Of a stretch of 64,000 nucleotides of DNA, positions 56,739-64,000 are shown piece after piece (the stretch's first letter is position 1; every line of letters begins with the position of its first letter). This DNA comes from an uncultured Alphaproteobacteria bacterium (GTDB lineage: Bacteria; Pseudomonadota; Alphaproteobacteria; HIMB59; GCA-002718135), in NCBI GenBank assembly GCA_902628645.1, contig CACONS010000006.1:1731-65730 (forward strand), in the 5' to 3' direction. The position numbers and the translations under genes were made by a program. The notes below the pieces were generated by a model. It was not told the origin of the DNA, did not search any database, and saw only the letters and a list, made by a program, of their open reading frames with translations.

Positions 56739-58379
56739 TTAATTAATTTTTAATATCATATCTGATGCTTTTTCTGCTAACATAATTACAGATGCATTTA
56801 TATTTCCACTTATCATATCTGGGAAAGAAGATGCATCTACTACTCTCAGATTGTCTATTCCTCTAACTTTAAGCTGATTATCAAGTACAGCCATTTTGTT
56901 ATTACTGGAACCCATTGCGCAAGTAGATGCAGGATGATGGCCTGTTTGTACATGATTTCGAACTGACTCTTTTAAATCCTGATCACTTTTTATTTTTTTT
57001 CCTGGAAGTAATTCTTCCGAAACAATTTTTGCTAAACTGGGTTTTGACAATACTTCTCTTGTATGCTTCATCCCCTCTATCATATCTTCCATATCAGATG
57101 GATCGATGAACCAATTTGGATTTATATTAAGTTCATCATTAGGATTTGAGCTTTTAAGTTTTACACTTCCTGTGCTCTTTGGTCTTAATAAATTAATTTG
57201 AAAGTGTAATCCTGGAAAAGCTTTTTTACCTCTAGAAAAAAATAATGAACCAAAATTTAATAAATTATCTAAACTCATAGACCAGTTATCTTTTTCTTCT
57301 TTAAAACACATAGGTGTCATGAACACTTGTATTTCAGGCATATCTTTTTCTCTTATTGCATGAAATAGATTTGTTGACCAAAAAGGAGCTGCAGCTAATC
57401 CTTGTTTAAATAAAATATATTTTAATCCTACAATAATAGCTCTATCGATCCTTTGATATTTAGAGAAACTTAAATTGTTGTTTTGAAAAGCCCAATTCAT
57501 TGGCATAACAGGATGATCGTGAAGGTTTTCACCTACTCCAGGTAAGTTAATTAATAATTCTATATTTTTTTCTTTTAAATGTTCTTCTGGACCAATTCCT
57601 GACAACATTAAACATTTGGGACTACCGAATGCTCCTAAAGATAATATTACCTCTGATGATGCATAAACTTCACCATTTGATAAAAGTAATCCTTTAGCTT
57701 TATTTTTCTCAATTAAAATTTTTATTACAGATGTATTTTTATAAATTGTTAAGTTGCTAGGTTTAAATTTCAAATAAGCTTCTGCAGATGATTGTCTTTT
57801 TCCCTTCCATACTTTAACATCATATCGGCCTACTCCATTTAGATTGCCGTTGTAAAAATCATTATTAATTTCTGCCCCAGCTTCAACACATGCATCAATA
57901 AATGCTTTATCGATAGAATTGTAATTACCAGCTGGTGTAAGTTTTAAAGGACCTGAATGTGAGTGATATTCATTTTTTTCTCTATGAAAAGCTGAGGCAG
58001 ATTTTTTGAAATATGGCAGTACTTCATTAAAAGACCAACCCTCTAAGCCCTTTTGTCTCCATCTGTTAAAATCACCTGATGCACCTCTCATGTAAATCAT
58101 ACCGTTTAAAAGAGAAGATCCTCCTAGTCCTTTACCTCTAGGATACAAAATTTTTCTATTATCTAAAGAAGGTTGAGGTATTGACTCAAAACCCCAATCA
58201 AATTTAGGGTTTCCAAAAATGTATCCGTTACCACCGGGCATTTGAGTGAATAAACTTTTTCCTGACCCCCCTGCTTCTATTAGTAATACCTTTATATCTT
58301 TATTTTCAGATAATCTTGAGGCTAATGTACAGCCAGCAGAACCTCCTCCTGCTATTATATAGTCAAATGTTTTTTTCAT
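56739..58379 (-). CDS. GMC-family flavin oxidoreductase (alcohol/choline dehydrogenase-like, more divergent than the one at 39249)
   Basis: DYIIAGGGSAGCTLASRL, GKGLGGSSLLNG, NLHDHP, and GHHPASTCAMG motifs. Confidence 0.85.
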   Translation of the reverse strand: MKKTFDYIIAGGGSAGCTLASRLSENKDIKVLLIEAGGSGKSLFTQMPGGNGYIFGNPKFDWGFESIPQPSLDNRKILYPRGKGLGGSSLLNGMIYMRGASGDFNRWRQKGLEGWSFNEVLPYFKKSASAFHREKNEYHSHSGPLKLTPAGNYNSIDKAFIDACVEAGAEINNDFYNGNLNGVGRYDVKVWKGKRQSSAEAYLKFKPSNLTIYKNTSVIKILIEKNKAKGLLLSNGEVYASSEVILSLGAFGSPKCLMLSGIGPEEHLKEKNIELLINLPGVGENLHDHPVMPMNWAFQNNNLSFSKYQRIDRAIIVGLKYILFKQGLAAAPFWSTNLFHAIREKDMPEIQVFMTPMCFKEEKDNWSMSLDNLLNFGSLFFSRGKKAFPGLHFQINLLRPKSTGSVKLKSSNPNDELNINPNWFIDPSDMEDMIEGMKHTREVLSKPSLAKIVSEELLPGKKIKSDQDLKESVRNHVQTGHHPASTCAMGSSNNKMAVLDNQLKVRGIDNLRVVDASSFPDMISGNINASVIMLAEKASDMILKIN

Positions 58380-58409
58380 TTATTTAAATTAAAAAGAAAT
58401 AATTTTTTA

Positions 58410-59270
58410 TTAGTTATTTTTTCTTTCTCTATAAGCTATAAAAATTCCTGTACTAATTATTATTGTTCCTCCTAGATAAATACTTAAAGTTGGTACTTCT
58501 GCATAAATTAAATAACCCATTACTCCAACAAAAATAAAAGATGAGTATTCGAATGGAGAAGTAATTGCAACATCAGCATATTTAGCTGCCTGTGACATAA
58601 ACAAATGCCCAAGTGAGCCCATTATGCCTAAACTCATAGCAAAAATTAATTGTACCATACTAGGCATAATAAAATTTTCAGGGAAAAATATAATTGACGT
58701 AATTAATAATGCAAAAGAATAATAAAATACAATTGCAACACTAGAATCAGTACTCATTACAGATCTAGTTGATAAATAAACAGAAGCCATAAAAGCTGCA
58801 GATATTAAAGGATAGAGTGTTTCTAATTTGAACAAGTCAGTACCGGGCTTAACAATTATTAATACACCTATGAAACCAATTAATATTGCAGTGGTTCTAA
58901 ATATGCCAATTCTCTCTCCAAGTATTGGTACAGCAAGAAAGGCAGCAATGATTGGTGCAGAATGTGCTATAGCAATATTTTCTGAAAGCATTAAATGATT
59001 AATTCCATAAATATAGAATACAACACAAGCAGAAGCAGAAAGAGCTCGTATAGCATGCCCAAATGGTTTTTTAGTTTTTAATTTATCAAATCCAAAATAC
59101 ATTGCCATGAAAGTTGCAATGATACTTCCACTGAGTGCTCGAAAAAATATTGATTCCCATACAGGAAAATGAAAACTTAAATATTTATAAGTGATATCAT
59201 TTATACTAAGACAAAACATGGACAGCAACATGAAAGAAATTCCCAAGAGACTATTATTTTTCGATTTCAT
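58410..59270 (-). CDS. EamA/DMT-family permease
   Basis: 10 predicted TM helices in two EamA repeats. First gene of the EamA-GMC-ALDH minus-strand array. Confidence 0.8.
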   Translation of the reverse strand: MKSKNNSLLGISFMLLSMFCLSINDITYKYLSFHFPVWESIFFRALSGSIIATFMAMYFGFDKLKTKKPFGHAIRALSASACVVFYIYGINHLMLSENIAIAHSAPIIAAFLAVPILGERIGIFRTTAILIGFIGVLIIVKPGTDLFKLETLYPLISAAFMASVYLSTRSVMSTDSSVAIVFYYSFALLITSIIFFPENFIMPSMVQLIFAMSLGIMGSLGHLFMSQAAKYADVAITSPFEYSSFIFVGVMGYLIYAEVPTLSIYLGGTIIISTGIFIAYRERKNN

Positions 59271-59320
59271 TAATTAATTAAATATACTAAGATAATTTAT
59301 TCAGATATAAATATTTCAAA

Positions 59321-60460
59321 ATGAATAACAAATATCATGTAAAAAAAATAGAAAAAAAGAATGATCATTTAAGTATTTTATGGAAAGATAATTTTGAAAG
59401 TAAATTTCATTTTATGTGGTTAAGAGATAATTGTCCAACAGCAATACATCCTACTGCAAATATGCGAGTCTTTAATATTTTAACTGTTAGTAAAAATATA
59501 TTTCCTAAAAATTATAAAATTGAAAAAAATAAACTCAATATTGATTGGAGTGAAGGTGATCATAGTAGCAAATTCAATTTAAAATGGTTAAGAGATCATT
59601 GTTATACTGAAATAAATAATCGAAAATATAAATCACCTTATGTTTTTTGGGATGGTAAATTAAAAAAAAATTTAAAGAAAATTATTGTTGATCATAATAG
59701 TGTAATAAAAAATGACAAACATTTAAGTAAATGGTTAAATCTACTTCATACTTATGGTTTTGCATTAATCAAAAATGCGCCAACTAGAAAAAAATCAGCA
59801 TTCAAAATATTAAATAGAATAAGCCATCATAGAGAAACATTTTTTGGTACACCATTTGAAGTAATTAATATTCCAAAACCAAATAATACAGCTTATACGG
59901 CAGATGCTCTGAGAAATCATACTGACTTACCTTATTTTGAATATGCACCTGGATATCAGTTTCTTCATTGTTTAGTAAATGATGCTTATGGCGGATTATC
60001 ATCTGTTGTAGATGGTTTTACAGTAGCAAATTATTTAAAAAAAAATGAAAAAGATGTTTTTAATATTTTAACTAAAACTCACGTTAAATTCAAAGATACT
60101 GATTATACTCAAAAAGCTATCAGAATTCTTCACTCACCAATTATAACACTTACAAAAGATAATGATTTCAATGATATTAGATTTAGTATGGCTGCAATGG
60201 GAGCAGTTGATGTTGATCCAAAAAAAATGAAAAAATTTTATGAAGCCTACCTATATTTTGCATCATTGCTTCAAAATAATAAATTTAAAATTGATTTTAG
60301 ATTAGAGGCAGGTGATATATTTTGTTTTAATAATAGAAGAGTATTACATGGGAGGACTGAATTTGATCCAAACTCTGGAAATAGACATCTTCAAGGATAT
60401 TATATTGAAAGAGATGAAATAATAGGAAGATTAAATTATTTTAATAATATTAAAGTTTAG
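59321..60460 (+). CDS. Fe(II)/2-oxoglutarate dioxygenase of the gamma-butyrobetaine hydroxylase / TMLH / TmpA family
   Basis: N-terminal DUF971-like WLRDNCP... domain, NNTAYTADALRNHTDLPYF...GYQFLHC (HxD), and VLHGRTEF (distal His). Colinear with remembered human BBOX1. Confidence 0.8.
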   Translation: MNNKYHVKKIEKKNDHLSILWKDNFESKFHFMWLRDNCPTAIHPTANMRVFNILTVSKNIFPKNYKIEKNKLNIDWSEGDHSSKFNLKWLRDHCYTEINNRKYKSPYVFWDGKLKKNLKKIIVDHNSVIKNDKHLSKWLNLLHTYGFALIKNAPTRKKSAFKILNRISHHRETFFGTPFEVINIPKPNNTAYTADALRNHTDLPYFEYAPGYQFLHCLVNDAYGGLSSVVDGFTVANYLKKNEKDVFNILTKTHVKFKDTDYTQKAIRILHSPIITLTKDNDFNDIRFSMAAMGAVDVDPKKMKKFYEAYLYFASLLQNNKFKIDFRLEAGDIFCFNNRRVLHGRTEFDPNSGNRHLQGYYIERDEIIGRLNYFNNIKV

Positions 60461-60461
60461 A

Positions 60462-61892
60462 TCATTCCCATCCGCAGATAGTTTTAATTTCTAAATATTC
60501 TTCTAGACCCCAATCACCTCCCTCTCTTCCATTACCAGATTGTCTATAACCACCAAAGGGAGTTCCTGGATCAGCACTATTTCCATTTATATAAACACCT
60601 CCTGATCTAAATTTTCTTGCAACTCTTTTGGCTTTTTCTTTATCTTGAGTTTGAACATAGTTTCCTAGACCATAGGATGTATCGTTGACAATTGATATAG
60701 CTTCATCTTCATCTTCAAATGGAATTATAGATAATACTGGTCCAAAAATCTCTTCTTTTGCAATTCTCATATTATTAGTTACATCTGTGAAAATTGTTGG
60801 CTTAACAAAATAACCCTTTTCTAGACCATTTGGCTTTTCAGGACCTCCAGCCACGAGTGTAGCGCCCTCATTTATACCACTATTAATTAGATCAATAATT
60901 TTATCATATTGTGTTTTAGAAATAACTGGACCGATATGATTTCCATTCTTAGAAGCAATATCAACTTTAATTTTATTTGCTTCATCAGCCGCCTCCTCTA
61001 CTGCTCTTTTATAGATTGATTTTTCAACTAGCATTCTTGTTGGTGCATCACAGGATTGACCCGAATTACTCATAATATTCCTAACACCTTCTCTTACTGC
61101 TTCTGGATGTGAGTCACTAAAAACAATATTACCCCCCTTACCTCCTAATTCTAAACATACTCTTTTAATTGTATCTGCTGCGTTTTTAGAAATAAGTTTT
61201 CCTGCTCTTGTTGATCCAGTAAAAGATATCATATCAATATCTTTATGAGATGATAGATCTGTACCTACACCCTCTCCATCTCCATTCACTAAATTAAAAA
61301 CACCAGGAGGGAAACCTGCTTCATGAATTATTTCCGCAAAAATGATCCCTGACATGGGTGCAATTTCTGAAGGTTTTAATATCATAGTGCAGCCAGTGGC
61401 TAAAGCAGGTATTACTTTCAATGTGATTTGATTGATAGGCCAATTCCACGGTGTAATAAGACCGCATACTCCAATCGGTTCATAAACAATATAATTATTG
61501 GAATTTTTATTAAATCTTTTTTCAAATTCAAAATTTTTTAATCTCAAAATGAAATCATTAATATGATCTGCTCCTGAAGAAGTTTGCGCTGATGAAGACC
61601 AATCTAATGGCGCTCCCATTTCCTCAGACATTATTTGTGTTATTTCATCCCATCTACTTTTATAAATTTTAAGTAATTTTTCTAATAAACTAATCTTTTC
61701 TCTTTTATCTACCTGACTCCACGTAATGAATGCTTTTTTTGCTACATTGACTGCTAGATCTACATCTTCCTTAGATCCTAAAGAAATAAAAGCGTATGGT
61801 TGTTCATTAGAGGGATTAATAACCTCAAAATCATTCTTTATAATTGGATTAATCCAAGAACCATTTATATAAAATTTACGTTTATCAATCAT
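60462..61892 (-). CDS. NAD(P)+-dependent aldehyde dehydrogenase
   Basis: ELGGKGG and catalytic Cys in GQSCDAPTR; 476 aa. Convergent with the dioxygenase (1-nt gap). Confidence 0.88.
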   Translation of the reverse strand: MIDKRKFYINGSWINPIIKNDFEVINPSNEQPYAFISLGSKEDVDLAVNVAKKAFITWSQVDKREKISLLEKLLKIYKSRWDEITQIMSEEMGAPLDWSSSAQTSSGADHINDFILRLKNFEFEKRFNKNSNNYIVYEPIGVCGLITPWNWPINQITLKVIPALATGCTMILKPSEIAPMSGIIFAEIIHEAGFPPGVFNLVNGDGEGVGTDLSSHKDIDMISFTGSTRAGKLISKNAADTIKRVCLELGGKGGNIVFSDSHPEAVREGVRNIMSNSGQSCDAPTRMLVEKSIYKRAVEEAADEANKIKVDIASKNGNHIGPVISKTQYDKIIDLINSGINEGATLVAGGPEKPNGLEKGYFVKPTIFTDVTNNMRIAKEEIFGPVLSIIPFEDEDEAISIVNDTSYGLGNYVQTQDKEKAKRVARKFRSGGVYINGNSADPGTPFGGYRQSGNGREGGDWGLEEYLEIKTICGWE

Positions 61893-61971
61893 TATTGAAA
61901 ATATATTTAAATAAAATATACATTTATTTTTATCTATATTAGAATAAAATAATACACAATAAGAGGTAAAA

Positions 61972-63222
61972 TTGACAATAGAAAATATTAAACTTGATAT
62001 AGACTACGTAAGATCGCAATTCCCAGCATTTAAAGATCCTCTTTCAAAAGAATGGTCTTTTTTTGAAAATGCTGGAGGGAGCTATGTTCCACAAAATGTA
62101 ATTGATAAATTATCTGAATTTATGACATCGACAAAGGTTCAACCTTATGCAGAATATCCTATGTCTAAAATAGCTGGTGAAAACATGGATAAAGCTACTG
62201 AATTGTTTGCTCAAATGATAAATGCAAAAAAGAATGAAATTTTAATCGGCGGATCAACTTCTATAAATTTATATGTTTTATCTAATGCTTTAAGGAAGTA
62301 CTTAAATCCAGGAGATGAGATCATTGTAACTAATCAAGATCATGAAGCAAATATTAGTCCTTGGAGAAGATTAAAGGAAATTGATGCAAAAATTATTGAA
62401 TGGAAATTTGATTTAAATAGTCATGAACTTAAAATATCTGATTTAGAAAGTTTAATTACAAAAAGAACAAAAATATTAGCTGTAACACACTGTTCAAATA
62501 TTATTGGATCAATAAATAATTTAAAAAAAATTTCCGAAATAGCTCATAAAAATAATATTATAGTTATTGGAGATGGCGTTTCCTATGCTCCACATGGTTT
62601 CCCTGATGTTAAAAAACTTGATGTAGATTTTTATACATTTAGTCTCTATAAAACATACGGACCTCATCTTGCACTTTTGTATGGTAAAGAAGAAATTTTA
62701 AAAGATCTGCCTAATCAAAATCATGAGTTTCTAGAAAATAACTATCCTTACACTATAAATCCAGGAGGTCCTAATCATGAGGAATTAGTGTCATTGATTG
62801 GTATACATGAATATTTTGAAAATTTGTATAAACATCATTTTAATAATACTAATTTGTCAACAAGGGAAAAAATGGAAAAAATTAATGAAATTATCTCATT
62901 ACATGAAGAGGAAGTTGGTAATCCTATATTAGAATATATATCAAATAGAGATGATTTAAAATTAATTGGCAAAAATAAAATCTTTGATAAGAACAGGGCG
63001 CCAACAATTTCTTTCATTTCTAACAAATTAACTTCTAAAAAGATAAGTGAGATATTAGTTAAGAATAAAATTGCAACAAGAAATGACAATTTTTATGCTT
63101 GGAGATGTCTTGATGCTCTAAAAATAGATACCTCGGATGGAGTTGTAAGATTAAGCTTAACACACTATAACTCTAAAGATGATGTAAATAAGTTACTATT
63201 TGCTTTAAATAAGATTAATTAA
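61972..63222 (+). CDS. class V aminotransferase-fold PLP enzyme (cysteine desulfurase/SufS-like subfamily), function unknown
   Basis: TTG start. HEANISPW and a PLP-lysine context FYTFSLYKTYGPH. Confidence 0.75.
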   Translation: MTIENIKLDIDYVRSQFPAFKDPLSKEWSFFENAGGSYVPQNVIDKLSEFMTSTKVQPYAEYPMSKIAGENMDKATELFAQMINAKKNEILIGGSTSINLYVLSNALRKYLNPGDEIIVTNQDHEANISPWRRLKEIDAKIIEWKFDLNSHELKISDLESLITKRTKILAVTHCSNIIGSINNLKKISEIAHKNNIIVIGDGVSYAPHGFPDVKKLDVDFYTFSLYKTYGPHLALLYGKEEILKDLPNQNHEFLENNYPYTINPGGPNHEELVSLIGIHEYFENLYKHHFNNTNLSTREKMEKINEIISLHEEEVGNPILEYISNRDDLKLIGKNKIFDKNRAPTISFISNKLTSKKISEILVKNKIATRNDNFYAWRCLDALKIDTSDGVVRLSLTHYNSKDDVNKLLFALNKIN

Positions 63223-64000
63223 TTTTTTTATAACCTTCCACGTTATCTATTAAAAAATTAATAATCGAATCAGAATTATTTTTTTGGATCAAATTTTTTA
63301 ATTCATTTATTTTATTTTCAATAAACTCAAAATTTTCACTTACCTCATCAACTAAAAAAATTTTATCATTATAGGTTTTTTTTATTTTATCTGTTAAGTA
63401 TAATTCTTCATGTAATTTTTCACCTTCTCTTAGTCCAATATATTTAATTTCGATTTCTCCAGCATTAATATTTTTTCCAACTTTAAATCCATACATGTTT
63501 ATCATTTTTTTTGCTAAATCTACAATCTTGATAGGTTTACCCATATCCAACATGTAAATTAAACCAGATTTATATTTTTTAGAAATTATTGAAGTTTCTA
63601 ATATAAGTTTAACTGCATCAGGTATAGTCATTAGATATCTTGTAACTTCAGGATGTGTTACTGTCACTGGCCCTCTATTTCTTATCTGCTTATTAAATAA
63701 AGGTACAACTGATCCATTAGAATTAATTACATTACCAAATCTTACAATGGAAATATTCATATCTTTAATTTCATCAGCAAGCGATGAAAAAATTTTTTCT
63801 GAAATTCTTTTAGTAGCCCCCATTATATTAGTTGGATTTACTGCTTTGTCTGTAGAAACTAATAATAAATTTTTCACATGATATTTTTTTGATAAGATTG
63901 CTAAGTTATAACTTCCAATTATATTATTCCTTAATGATGAAATTATATTCTTCTCAATTAGAGGTACATGTTTATAAGCAGCTGCATGAAAAACATAATC
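63215..64000 (-). CDS. CapD/PglF/WbpM-type polysaccharide biosynthesis nucleotide-sugar 4,6-dehydratase, C-terminal part (5' end beyond window)
   Basis: Frame is open to the window edge. Hand translation of 63878-64000 gives DYVFHAAAYKHVPLIEKN..., followed by LVSTDKAVNPTNIMGATKR. Confidence 0.85.
   Translation of the reverse strand, partial: DYVFHAAAYKHVPLIEKNIISSLRNNIIGSYNLAILSKKYHVKNLLLVSTDKAVNPTNIMGATKRISEKIFSSLADEIKDMNISIVRFGNVINSNGSVVPLFNKQIRNRGPVTVTHPEVTRYLMTIPDAVKLILETSIISKKYKSGLIYMLDMGKPIKIVDLAKKMINMYGFKVGKNINAGEIEIKYIGLREGEKLHEELYLTDKIKKTYNDKIFLVDEVSENFEFIENKINELKNLIQKNNSDSIINFLIDNVEGYKKIN

Noticed and set aside
1-64000. CRISPR arrays, transposons/IS, prophage genes, toxin-antitoxin or known defence systems
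   Set aside because: None was found. There are no spaced direct repeats and no transposase, integrase, recombinase or phage structural motifs. The only intergenic gap over 250 bp is 38851-39248. The one tRNA shows no adjacent integration scars.

Overview
AT-rich (about 30% GC by eye), very gene-dense window with about 62 protein genes and 1 tRNA. Most spacers are 0-60 bp and many genes overlap by 1-14 nt. Gene content and style suggest a streamlined marine alphaproteobacterium of the SAR11/Pelagibacterales type; this is inference, since no search was possible.

Layout:
- 1-25 kb: housekeeping genes (RND pump fragment, LOG, icd, alaS, recA, dksA, moaA, nadK, tRNA-Leu, map, purB, bolA-grxD, rpsD, cimA-like, gltX, nadE, class II DAHP synthase, glmU, orphan ParA, tsaC/sua5).
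- 25-33.5 kb: polyamine module (puuB-like, puuA-like, potFGHI, aguB, aguA).
- 33.5-63.2 kb: a dense patchwork of methylated-osmolyte / quaternary-amine genes. It holds a PhnZ/TmpB-like HD oxygenase, a carnitine dehydrogenase-BKACE-thioesterase trio, an ScfR-type regulator, a BetA-like GMC enzyme with an SDR and a peptide/opine-type ABC importer, a homocysteine S-methyltransferase, two GcvT-fold proteins (one clearly DmdA-like), a second GMC with an ALDH and an EamA permease, and a gamma-butyrobetaine-hydroxylase-family dioxygenase with an ALDH and a class V PLP enzyme.
- Right edge: enters a CapD-like polysaccharide gene.

No CRISPR array, transposase, integrase, phage gene or recognisable defence gene was seen.

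Most interesting items:
- A six-gene translationally coupled operon that joins a DmdA-like demethylase to a 2-hydroxyacid oxidase, a ThDP enzyme, an atypical transthyretin-like protein, OsmC and a crotonase.
- An orphan HD-domain oxygenase candidate with all six PhnZ-type metal ligands.
- The only large intergenic region (38851-39248). It carries tandem ATTTACAAA repeats, an unlisted 59-codon ORF and an sRNA-like segment whose C/U-rich motif is perfectly complementary to the unusually strong ribosome-binding site of the neighbouring ABC permease gene.

All functional calls come from motif recognition and remembered family sequences, not from database searches.
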